A model generated the notes under the pieces. It worked only from the letters and a program-made list of their open reading frames with translations, was not told the origin of the DNA and did not search any database. From assembly GCA_036265915.1 (NCBI GenBank), contig DATAOC010000019.1, positions 37,006 through 101,005 of the forward strand: DNA of 64,000 bases. The letters run 5' to 3'. The translations under genes and the position numbers were made by a program. This DNA comes from Candidatus Methylomirabilota bacterium. Its GTDB lineage: Bacteria; Methylomirabilota; Methylomirabilia; Rokubacteriales; CSP1-6. This document shows positions 53,197-61,533 of the stretch, in pieces; within the stretch, counting starts at the first letter, position 1; every line of letters begins with the position of its first letter.

Positions 53197-54891
53197 ATGA
53201 AACGGCTCCTCCTCGCCATCGCCGTCCTATCCGCCACGCTGAGCTTGGCCGTCCTGCCTGCCACCGTCGGAGCCCAGGGCTCCGGATGGCCCGTCTACGG
53301 CGGCGACCCCGGCAACACGCGCTTCAGCGCGCTGAGCCAGGTCACGACCGGCAACGTCAGCCGGCTCAAGGTTGCCTGGGCGCTCCAGCTGGGATCGCTG
53401 CGCTCGCAGGAATCAACGCCGGTCGTCGTCGGCGACACGCTCTACGTCACGTCGTCCCACGGGCCGAAGAACGTGTTCGCGGTGGACGCCAAGACGGGCA
53501 AGGAGCGCTGGCGTTACTCGCCGGAGGTGCCGGCGGGCATCGACCAGTACGCCTGCTGCGACGTCAACAACCGCGGGGTGGCGGTGGCGAACGGCAAGGT
53601 CTTCGTCGGCCGCCTGGACGGTTACCTGGTCGCGCTCGACGCCAAGACGGGCGCCGAGGTGTGGAAGACGCAGATCGTCGACCACACGCAGGGCTCGGTC
53701 ATCACGTCGCCGCCGACGATCGTGAAGAACCTGGTCATCACCGGCTTCGGCGGCGGCGAGTACGGCGCGCGCGGCTACATCTCGGCACTCGATCAGAGCA
53801 GCGGCAAGGAAGTGTGGCGCGTCTACACGATCCCCGGTCCCGGCGAGCCGGGCAACAGCAGCTGGAAGGGCGACTCGTGGAAGCTCGGCGGCGGCACCGT
53901 GTGGGGAATCGGCTCCTACGATCCGAAGCTGAACCTGCTCTATTACGGCACCAGCAACCCCTCGCCGTGGGGCGCGTCCGTGCGCGGCCCCGACAGCGCC
54001 AACTACGGCGAGTTCACGAATCTCTACACGTCGAGCACGCTGGCCATCAACCCCGACAGCGGCAAGATCGTGTGGCACTTCCAGTCGACGCCGCACGATG
54101 CCTGGGACTACGACGGCGTGAACGAGCTCGTGCTGGCCGACGTGGCCATCAACGGACGCCAGACGCCGGTGGCGCTGAAGGCCGACCGCAACGGATTCTT
54201 CTACGTCCTCGAGCGTGAGAGCGGCAAGCTGCTGTCGGCGACACCGTTTGTTCCGATCAACTGGGCGACCGGCGTCGACGCCAGCACCGGGCGGCCGATC
54301 GAAGTCGACGAGAAGCGGCCGAAGTTCAAGTTCCGCGCGAAGAACATCTGCCCGAACCTGCTCGGCGGCAAGAACTGGCAGCCGATGAGCTTCAATCCGC
54401 AAACCGGGCTCGTCTACATTCCGTCGATCAACCTGTGCATGGACATGGAAGGCGCCGAGCCCGCGTACCAGCGGGGCAAGTTCTATCTCGCGTTCGAGTT
54501 CGATCTCGGCAAGGGCGGGCCGGGGAACTATCTGGGCGAGTTCATGGCCTGGGATCCCGTGAAGCAGCAGAAGGCCTGGGGCAACAAGGACGACCTGCCG
54601 TGGCTCGGCGGCGCCCTCAGCACCGCGGGCGGCCTCGTGTTCCACGGCGACGTCAAGGGCATGTTCAAGGCGCTGGATGCCAAGACGGGCCAGAAGCTGT
54701 GGGAGTTCAACACCGGCTCGGGCATCAGCGCGGCACCGATGACGTACGAGGTCGACGGCAAGCAGTACGTCGCCGTCGTGTCGGGCCGGACGTTCTCCAT
54801 TCCCGTCTTTCTCGGCCCGATCGGCGAGCGGATGGTGAAGGCGAGCCCCGAGGGCGGCACGCTGTTCGTGTTCGAGCTGCCGTCGCCGTGA
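53197..54891 (+). CDS. PQQ-dependent alcohol (methanol/ethanol family) dehydrogenase, predicted lanthanide-dependent (XoxF/ExaF/PedH type)
   Basis: A signal peptide and the vicinal disulfide ring motif YACCDVNNRG are present. W-rich propeller repeats occur throughout. The active-site segment is HDAWDYDGVNE, with Asp two residues after the catalytic Asp. Confidence 0.9.
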   Translation: MKRLLLAIAVLSATLSLAVLPATVGAQGSGWPVYGGDPGNTRFSALSQVTTGNVSRLKVAWALQLGSLRSQESTPVVVGDTLYVTSSHGPKNVFAVDAKTGKERWRYSPEVPAGIDQYACCDVNNRGVAVANGKVFVGRLDGYLVALDAKTGAEVWKTQIVDHTQGSVITSPPTIVKNLVITGFGGGEYGARGYISALDQSSGKEVWRVYTIPGPGEPGNSSWKGDSWKLGGGTVWGIGSYDPKLNLLYYGTSNPSPWGASVRGPDSANYGEFTNLYTSSTLAINPDSGKIVWHFQSTPHDAWDYDGVNELVLADVAINGRQTPVALKADRNGFFYVLERESGKLLSATPFVPINWATGVDASTGRPIEVDEKRPKFKFRAKNICPNLLGGKNWQPMSFNPQTGLVYIPSINLCMDMEGAEPAYQRGKFYLAFEFDLGKGGPGNYLGEFMAWDPVKQQKAWGNKDDLPWLGGALSTAGGLVFHGDVKGMFKALDAKTGQKLWEFNTGSGISAAPMTYEVDGKQYVAVVSGRTFSIPVFLGPIGERMVKASPEGGTLFVFELPSP

Positions 54892-55973
54892 TCGCGCGCC
54901 GCCCGGGGCGCTCGCTGGCGGCGGCGCTCATCGGCCTCTGCCTGCTGGCGCCCCTGGGCGGCGAGCCCGCTGGCGTCCTGCGCGTCTGCGCCGACCCGGA
55001 CAATCTCCCGTTCAGCAGCGCCGTCTCCGGCGGCGACCGTGGCCTGTACGTGGACGTGGCCGAGCTCGTCGCCGCGCGCCTCGGCTTGCAGACCGAGTAC
55101 GCCTGGTACGCGACGTTCTTCGGCAAGCGCGCTGTCCGCAACACCCTGCTGGCTGATCGCTGCGACGCGTTCTTCGGGCTGCCGTCGAATCCCGAGTTCA
55201 TGGCCCGCAACGTCGCGCTGACGCGCCCGTTCGTCGATGTCGGCTACGCCGTCGTCGTGCAGGCGCCCCGGCGCGTTGCCTCGCTCGATGACTTGAAGGG
55301 AGCGCGCGTCGCGGTCGTCTTTCGTACGCCGGCGCAATACGTGCTCGCGTCGCGCAGCGACATCGAGCCGGTCACGTTCCGGACTGACGACGAGGCGCTG
55401 GCGGCGCTCGCGGCCGGCCAGGTCGACGCGGCATTTGTCTGGGGACCGACGGCCGGCTACGACAACGTCCGGCGACGCGGCGGCACACATCGCATCGTGC
55501 CGATCAGTGGCGAAGGACTGCAGTGGAAGGCGGCGGTCGCGGTCCGCCGAGCCGACGATGGCCTTCGCCGCCGCATCGACGAGGCGCTCGGGGCGCTTCA
55601 ACCCGAGATCGATCGCCTCGCCGACGTCTACGGCCTGCCGCGCGTAACGCCCGTGGCCGGGGACGCCGGCGCGGGGCCGGGGACGTCCACCGACACGGGA
55701 GCCGCGGCCGCCGCCGACGTGGTCGCTCAGGGCCGTTCGGTCTTCAACCAGCACTGCTCGCACTGCCACGCACCGAACGCGATGAGTCCAGAGCCGAGTC
55801 GCGATCTCCGCCGCCTTCGCCGGCGATACGGCGACGCGATGGCGGAGCGGTTCTACGCGACGGTCACGCAGGGCCGTCCCGACAAGGGCATGCCGCGCTG
55901 GGGGGAGACGCTCGAGCGCAACCGCATCGATGCCGTGTGGGCCTTCCTGCAGACGGTGCAGCTTCCGCCGTGA
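54888..55973 (+). CDS. Fusion of MxaJ/XoxJ-like periplasmic binding protein with a C-terminal mono-haem cytochrome c
   Basis: GTG 54888 overlaps the dehydrogenase stop (GTGA). The N-terminal part LRVCADPDNLPFSS... is typical of quinoprotein-associated SBPs. The C-terminal ~100 aa carry CSHCH and a KGMPRW Met ligand context. Confidence 0.8.
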   Translation: MIARRPGRSLAAALIGLCLLAPLGGEPAGVLRVCADPDNLPFSSAVSGGDRGLYVDVAELVAARLGLQTEYAWYATFFGKRAVRNTLLADRCDAFFGLPSNPEFMARNVALTRPFVDVGYAVVVQAPRRVASLDDLKGARVAVVFRTPAQYVLASRSDIEPVTFRTDDEALAALAAGQVDAAFVWGPTAGYDNVRRRGGTHRIVPISGEGLQWKAAVAVRRADDGLRRRIDEALGALQPEIDRLADVYGLPRVTPVAGDAGAGPGTSTDTGAAAAADVVAQGRSVFNQHCSHCHAPNAMSPEPSRDLRRLRRRYGDAMAERFYATVTQGRPDKGMPRWGETLERNRIDAVWAFLQTVQLPP

Positions 55974-56137
55974 TATCACCTTTAGATCCTTGAATGAATT
56001 CCAGCCAGCAACGTCGTGCGGGCGGCCTGGGTGCGCTGACGGAAATTTGTCGCCGCTGCCGATCCGTCACGCCGTCCTGACCAGGCGCGCTGCGCGACTT
56101 GCCGTGTAAAGGTCCGTCCCGGCGCACTATCCCCGTC

Positions 56138-56153
56138 TGGCATCCGCTCTGCT
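56138..56153 (+). promoter_or_regulatory. Candidate sigma-54 (-24/-12) promoter abutting the beta-propeller/coiled-coil gene
   Basis: TGGCATccgctCTGCT has exact GG-N10-GC spacing. The -12 C at 56152 predicts a start site near 56164, only 2 nt before ATG 56166, which would give a leaderless mRNA. Confidence 0.4.
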
Positions 56154-56165
56154 CTCCCGGGGGGC

Positions 56166-57947
56166 ATGACGAACAGACGCCCGCTCCCCAACGCAGTGAT
56201 CGGCCTCGTCGTGGGCCTGGCCACGGTCGCGCTGTTTCTGACCAGTGCCGCGCCGATGGCGAGCGCGGCGCCGTTCGCCTACATCGCCAACACCAGCTCC
56301 AACACCGTGTCCGTCATCGACGGCGCCACGAACACGGTCGTGAGCACCGTGCCCGTGGGTCTGCAGCCCTTCGGCGTGGCCGTGAACACGACGGCGACCC
56401 GCGCGTACGTCGCGAACTTCGGCGAGAGCACGCTGTCCGTCATCGACGCGGCGACGAACCGTGTCATCGCCACCGTGCTGGTTGGCTCCGCTCCGACCGG
56501 TGTCGCCGTCAACCCGGCCGGCACCACGGTGTACGTGGCGAACGGCGACGGGACGCTATCGGTGGTCGACGCGGTGACGAACACGGTCACGGCCTCAATC
56601 CCGACGCAGGGCGCGCTCAGCGCGGTCGCGGTGAACCTGGCCGGGACGCGCGTGTACGCCACCGACTTCAACTCGAACACGGTCCTCGTGCTCGATGCGG
56701 GCACGAACACGCTGCTCGGCTCCATTCCGGTCGGTCTGGCGCCGGGCGGCATCGCCGTGTGTCCCACCGGCAACCGGGTGTACGTGGTGAACCAGGAGGA
56801 CGACTCGCTGGCCGTCATCGACACGCGCGCCAATGCCGTGGTGGCGACGGTGCCGGTGGGCGCGGCGCCGGCGAATGTCGCGGTGGATCCATCCGGTGCC
56901 CTGCTCTACGTGACGAACGGCTCGGGCAGCAGCGTCTCGGTGGTCTTCGCTCCGACAGTGACCATGGACGCCGCGGCCAGCGTGCTGGCGACGGTGTCGG
57001 TGGGCCGCAGCCCCTACGGTGTCGCCGTCGATCCGAGTGGCAGCCGCATCTTCGTCGGCAGTGACAGCAGCAGCACGGCCGGCACTGTCTCGGTCATCAA
57101 TGCCGCATCGAACACGGTGGCGGCTACCGTCCGCGTGGGCAAGAGCCCGCTCGGCTTCGGCGCCTTCGTGGGCGGCGCGCCCTCGGCCGCAGGATCGGGT
57201 TCCGGCGGCGATCAGACGCTTCAGCAGCAGCTCGATGCCGCCAACGCGGCGCTGAAGGATCTCGGCGCAAAGAATGCCACGCTGCAGGCCCAGATCACCT
57301 CGCTCCAGCAGCAGCTCGCGACCGCGACCACCTCGGTCAACGACCTCACGAAGCAGGTGGCGGGCCTGTCCGCGCAGAACACGACGCTGACGACTCAGAA
57401 CGCGACGCTCACGGCCCAGAACGCGACGCTGACGACGCAGAACACGACGCTGTCCGCGCAGAACACCATGTTCAACCAGCAAGTCAGCGCGCTCCAGCAG
57501 CAGGTAACCACGCTCACGGCGGCCAACGCCAAGCTGACGAGCGATCTGGCCGCGGCCAACGCCTCGCTCGCCTCGTATGCCGGCATGAACGACCGGATGG
57601 CCAGCATGCAGACGCAGATGAACACGCTGAAGACGCAGGTTGCCACGCTCACGGCCGAGAACGCGACGCTGAAGACGGCCCTCGACACGGCGAACCTGAC
57701 GCTCGCCTCGTTCGTGAAGCGGCTCATGACGGGCAAGACGGACGCGAACGTCGCGGCGGTCGCCCGGGATGCCGCGCAGCAGCAGGTGGCCCTGGCGACC
57801 GCGAAGGTGGGTGCGCGGGATCCGCGGATTCGCCACGCCCAGCGGGAGCTGAGCGAGGGCAGCACGGCGTTCTCCGCCGGTCATTTCCAGAAGGCGCTGA
57901 AGGACTTCGGGGAGGCCTTCGACATCGCCCACCGGATCCTTCGGTAA
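56166..57947 (+). CDS. Secreted YVTN beta-propeller protein with long C-terminal coiled coil and helical end domain
   Basis: A signal/anchor segment is present (RRPLPNAVIGLVVGLATVALFLTSAAPMASA). About 7 YVTN repeats follow (AYIANTSSNTVSVID, VYVANGDGTLSVVD...). The next ~200 aa are Q/N/T/L-rich heptads. Confidence 0.85.
   Translation: MTNRRPLPNAVIGLVVGLATVALFLTSAAPMASAAPFAYIANTSSNTVSVIDGATNTVVSTVPVGLQPFGVAVNTTATRAYVANFGESTLSVIDAATNRVIATVLVGSAPTGVAVNPAGTTVYVANGDGTLSVVDAVTNTVTASIPTQGALSAVAVNLAGTRVYATDFNSNTVLVLDAGTNTLLGSIPVGLAPGGIAVCPTGNRVYVVNQEDDSLAVIDTRANAVVATVPVGAAPANVAVDPSGALLYVTNGSGSSVSVVFAPTVTMDAAASVLATVSVGRSPYGVAVDPSGSRIFVGSDSSSTAGTVSVINAASNTVAATVRVGKSPLGFGAFVGGAPSAAGSGSGGDQTLQQQLDAANAALKDLGAKNATLQAQITSLQQQLATATTSVNDLTKQVAGLSAQNTTLTTQNATLTAQNATLTTQNTTLSAQNTMFNQQVSALQQQVTTLTAANAKLTSDLAAANASLASYAGMNDRMASMQTQMNTLKTQVATLTAENATLKTALDTANLTLASFVKRLMTGKTDANVAAVARDAAQQQVALATAKVGARDPRIRHAQRELSEGSTAFSAGHFQKALKDFGEAFDIAHRILR
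57375..57458 (+). repeat. 21-bp in-frame tandem repeat (4 units plus degenerate flanks) encoding QN(A/T)TL(T/S)x heptads
   Basis: Units start at 57375, 57396, 57417 and 57438 (CAGAACrCGACGCTsAC...). A fifth, degenerate unit begins at 57459. Confidence 0.85.
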
Positions 57948-57965
57948 GGTTCGCTCGTCGGCACA

Positions 57966-58001
57966 CGCGGCGCCGGGTCATCAACCCGGCGCTGCGTTTT
58001 T
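57966..58001 (+). terminator. Rho-independent terminator
   Basis: CGCGGCGCCGGG, a TCATCAA loop, then CCCGGCGCTGCG form a 12-bp stem with one G-U pair. A TTTTT run follows. It starts 19 nt after the stop and abuts the convergent gene's stop. Confidence 0.8.
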
Positions 58002-59024
58002 CTACCGACTCTCCGGCGAGCTGCCGTTCGGTCGAGGCAACGCGTCGGGCGGCGGCTGCTTGCGGACCCATCGATACAGCGCCCGCGCCATCCGCACCTC
58101 GGGAATGTAGCCCGCATAGCGCTTGAGCGTTTCCAGCCTGCTGCGCCCGGGTGAGGAATCCTGGTTCGGTTCCTGAGCCGGCGGCGACTCGTCTGACGGC
58201 GTGGCAGCGACGGTGCTGTCCGCCGGCGTCCGTGTTGCCGGCTCGGTTGCGGGCGCCGCGGCCGTCGACGGCGCCTGCCGAACAGCCGTCATGTCCGGCG
58301 CCTGTGCGGTCGCGACCGAGCTCGGAGCAGCCGACTCGGCGCGCGGCGCTGGCGCGGACGCGCCCGCCGGCGCTGATGCAACGGGTGGCGCTGACGCGAC
58401 CGGCGGCGCCGATGCGACGGGTGGCGTCGACGCGGCCGGCGGCGGTGGCGCGGGTGCAATGGATGGTGGCGCCGCTGATACGGCCGAGCTCTCTGGCGAC
58501 GACGGCGCGAGCGGAGACGCGGGTGAGACGTCAGCCGGCTCCGGCGAGCGCGAAGGCCGCTCGGGCAGCGAGACAGCGGGCTCACGCCGTGAGCGCGCGA
58601 CCGGCGGCGCTGAGCGCGCCGTCCGGGCACGCGCGCTCGTCGCGGCGCGGCGCGGCTGATCGGCGCCTGCGGCAGGTGCCGACGCGTCATCGCCCGCCGG
58701 TGGCGGCGCCGGCTGCGCTGGCGATACCCGAGGTGCCTGGGCCTGACTCGGCTCGGACGTTCGCATGGCCAAGTGCGCTCCGCGGGCCGCGGTGTCGCGA
58801 GCTTTCGAAAACCGCGTGTCGTGCGCGTACCATGCCGCGAAGCCGGTGAGCCCGCCGACCGCGATCACGAGCCAGGCGCGGATGGCCACGTGTCGCATGA
58901 CATGCGCGCCGCCTGCTTCCGTGCGGCGCCACTCGAGAAAACGGTGGAGGCGCTCGTGGTCGCTCATGGCGAAGAGCCGTCGCATTCGGCGCGCCAGTGA
59001 CTTTCGCGCCGCGCAGGTTGTCAA
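58002..59024 (-). CDS. Single-TM Pro/Ala/Ser-rich low-complexity protein
   Basis: A TM segment (AIRAWLVIAVGGLTGFAAWY) is followed by about 230 aa of PAS-rich sequence and a basic C-terminal motif (RYAGYIPEVRMARALYRWVRKQ). G/C-rich third positions support this frame over the overlapping plus-strand ORFs. The start is uncertain (ATG 59024, 58967 or 58898). Confidence 0.55.
   Translation of the reverse strand: MTTCAARKSLARRMRRLFAMSDHERLHRFLEWRRTEAGGAHVMRHVAIRAWLVIAVGGLTGFAAWYAHDTRFSKARDTAARGAHLAMRTSEPSQAQAPRVSPAQPAPPPAGDDASAPAAGADQPRRAATSARARTARSAPPVARSRREPAVSLPERPSRSPEPADVSPASPLAPSSPESSAVSAAPPSIAPAPPPPAASTPPVASAPPVASAPPVASAPAGASAPAPRAESAAPSSVATAQAPDMTAVRQAPSTAAAPATEPATRTPADSTVAATPSDESPPAQEPNQDSSPGRSRLETLKRYAGYIPEVRMARALYRWVRKQPPPDALPRPNGSSPESR
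58369..58440. repeat. 18-bp tandem repeat x4 encoding PPVASA units
   Basis: The units are GGCGCTGATGCAACGGGT, GGCGCTGACGCGACCGGC, GGCGCCGATGCGACGGGT and GGCGTCGACGCGGCCGGC. The minus-strand translation is (T/A)PPVASAPPVASAPPVASAP. Confidence 0.8.
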
Positions 59025-59104
59025 ACCGACAACGAGAAGCCGAGTGCGATAAGCTCTCTGCCGCCGCGCCGGCGACGAACGCGCTGCGCGACAGGAGACG
59101 GACC

Positions 59105-59887
59105 ATGAACCTGCTCGAAGACAAGGTGGCGATCATCACCGGTGCCTCGAAAGGCATTGGCCGCGCGCTGAGCCTGCGCTTCGCGCGCGAAGGCGCGCGC
59201 GTGGTCTGCGCCGCTCGGTCCGCGCAGCTGGTGAAGGAGACCGCGGCACGAATCGAGAGCGCGGGCGGCCGGGCGGTCGCGGTCGTCTGCGACGCGGCCG
59301 TGGAGGACGAGGTGCGAGGCCTGGTGGCGACCGCCGTCCAGGCGTTCGGCAAGATCAACACGCTCGTCAACAATGCCGGCGACGGCGGCCCCACGAAGCC
59401 GGTGCAGGACTACCTGATGGAAGACTGGCGGTACACCATCGACTCCTGCCTCACCAGCTCGTATCTCTGCACGCGGTTCGTCGTCCCGGAGATGATGAAG
59501 GCGGGCGGCGGCGCCATCGTGAACATCTCCTCGGGCGCCGGGCGCCGCGGGCTGCCTTATCGCATCGGATACTGCTCGGCCAAGGCAGGGCAGGTCGGCA
59601 TGACGTACGGCATGGCCCTCGAGCTCGCGCCGCACAACATCCGGGTCAACTGCGTGGCGCCGGGTGCCGTCGAAGGCGATCGCATCGATCGCGTGATCGC
59701 CGGCCAGGCGGAGGTGCGCGGCGTGTCGGTCGACGCGATGCGGAAGATGATGATCGAGCGCGCGCCGCTCAAGCGCATGGTCACCGCGGATGACATCGTC
59801 GACGCGACGGTGTTCTTCTGCAGCGACATGGCCCGCAGCATCTCCGGACAGGTCCTGGCCGTGAACGCGGGCGAGCCCGCCGGATGA
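59105..59887 (+). CDS. Short-chain dehydrogenase/reductase (classical SDR)
   Basis: ATG 59105 is preceded by AGGAGA. It has TGASKGIGR, NNAG and the Y-x3-K motif (YCSAKAG). Confidence 0.9.
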   Translation: MNLLEDKVAIITGASKGIGRALSLRFAREGARVVCAARSAQLVKETAARIESAGGRAVAVVCDAAVEDEVRGLVATAVQAFGKINTLVNNAGDGGPTKPVQDYLMEDWRYTIDSCLTSSYLCTRFVVPEMMKAGGGAIVNISSGAGRRGLPYRIGYCSAKAGQVGMTYGMALELAPHNIRVNCVAPGAVEGDRIDRVIAGQAEVRGVSVDAMRKMMIERAPLKRMVTADDIVDATVFFCSDMARSISGQVLAVNAGEPAG

Positions 59888-61407
59888 GGGCCGTCGCCGC
59901 CGCGTGCCTCGTCCTTGCGCTCGCTCCCGGCACCGCCTTCGCCCAGGCCAAACCCGAGGGCGAGATGCGCTGGGCGCTCTACCTCACGGTGTCCGCGCAG
60001 TGGTTCGATCCCGGTGAGACCGTGGGTCAGCTCACACCCTTCTGGATCTTGTATGGCCTGCACGACGCGCTGGTGAAGCCGCTGCCCGGCAATCTTCGAG
60101 CGCCGAGTCTGGCGCAATCGTGGACGGTCAGCGCCGACCAGCGATCGTACGAGTTCGCGCTGCGCGAGGGGCTGAAGTTCCACAACGGCGACCCGTTCAC
60201 CGCCGAGGACGTGAAGTTCAGCTTCCATCGCGCGAAGGGCAAGCTCTTGCACGAGAAGGTGCGCGAGGTCACCGTGGTGAGCCCATACCGCGTGCGCTTC
60301 ACGCTGCACGATCCGTGGCCCGACTTCATGAACTACTACGCCGGCATCGTGACCGGCGCCAGCTGGGTCGTGCCCAGGAAGTACATGGAGCAGGTGGGCG
60401 ACGCGGGATTCAAGAAGCATCCCGTCGGCCTCGGGCCGTACAAGTTCGTCAGCCACACGCCGGGTGTCGAGCTCGTCATGGAGGCGTTCGACGGCTACTG
60501 GCGCAAGGTGCCGACCGTCAAGCGGCTCGTCTTCAAGATGGTGCCGGAGGCGCTCACGCGCGTGGCCATGCTGAAGCGCGGGGAGGTCGACGTCGCCTAC
60601 CTGCTCGACGCGCCCCAGGCGGAGGAGGTCAAGCGTGACCCGAGCCTGCGGCTGGCGTTCTCGGGCGGCATCGCGACGTTCTTCCTCGATTTCTTCGATC
60701 AGTGGGATCCAAAGTCGCCGTGGGCGGACCGCCGCGTTCGCCTCGCCGCCAGCCACGCCATCGACCGCCGTGCGCTGTCGGAGGCGGAGACGCTCGGCGC
60801 CTCGCGGCCCGCCGGCAATTTCGTGCCGCGGCGCTTCGAGTTCGCGCTGCCCATCGAGCCGCACGCCTACGATCCCGCGCGGGCTCGGCAGCTCCTGGCC
60901 GAGGCCGGCTATCCGAACGGCTTCGATGCGGGTGAGTTCTATCAGCTGCCGCCGTACTTCTCGCTCGGCGAGGCGATCGTCGGCTACCTCGGCGCCGTGG
61001 GCATCCGCGTCAGGATGCGGCCCATGGAGCGCGCGGCGTTCTTCGCGGCGGTCTCGTCGAAGAAGCTGCGCGGCGTCTGCGTGTGCACGAGCTCGCTGTA
61101 TGGCAACGCCGCCTCTCGCATGTCGGAGGTCATTCCGAGCGACGGCGCCTATGCCTACGGCGGCTACCCGGACATCGACGCGCTCTACAAGCAACAGGCG
61201 CACGAGCTCGATCGCGGCAAGCGCGAGCTGCTGCTCCACCAGATCCAGCGGCTGGTGCACGAGCGCGTCCGCATCGCGCCGATCTTCGAGTACGTGTGGC
61301 CGAGTGGCATCGGGCCGCGCGTCGAGGAGCCGGCGCTCATGCTGATCGATCCCTATCCGTGGTCGGCGCCGCTGGAAGAGGTGCGCCTCAAGCGCGCCGT
61401 CAACTGA
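59884..61407 (+). CDS. ABC transporter substrate-binding protein, family 5 (peptide/opine/nickel type)
   Basis: ATGA overlaps the SDR stop. A signal peptide is present. The YEFALREGLKFHNGDPFTAEDVKFSF motif is typical of SBP_bac_5. Confidence 0.88.
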   Translation: MRAVAAACLVLALAPGTAFAQAKPEGEMRWALYLTVSAQWFDPGETVGQLTPFWILYGLHDALVKPLPGNLRAPSLAQSWTVSADQRSYEFALREGLKFHNGDPFTAEDVKFSFHRAKGKLLHEKVREVTVVSPYRVRFTLHDPWPDFMNYYAGIVTGASWVVPRKYMEQVGDAGFKKHPVGLGPYKFVSHTPGVELVMEAFDGYWRKVPTVKRLVFKMVPEALTRVAMLKRGEVDVAYLLDAPQAEEVKRDPSLRLAFSGGIATFFLDFFDQWDPKSPWADRRVRLAASHAIDRRALSEAETLGASRPAGNFVPRRFEFALPIEPHAYDPARARQLLAEAGYPNGFDAGEFYQLPPYFSLGEAIVGYLGAVGIRVRMRPMERAAFFAAVSSKKLRGVCVCTSSLYGNAASRMSEVIPSDGAYAYGGYPDIDALYKQQAHELDRGKRELLLHQIQRLVHERVRIAPIFEYVWPSGIGPRVEEPALMLIDPYPWSAPLEEVRLKRAVN

Positions 61408-61533
61408 GCGGTCCGCCCGGCCCGTCCTGCGCCGCGCCGCGTGGTGGCGCGGGCCGGCCAGTTCTGCTATCGTCCGCCAACTCTCGCTCCGTTCCGTCCG
61501 CTCCCAACCTCGCGACGACGCCAGGAGGCAGTG

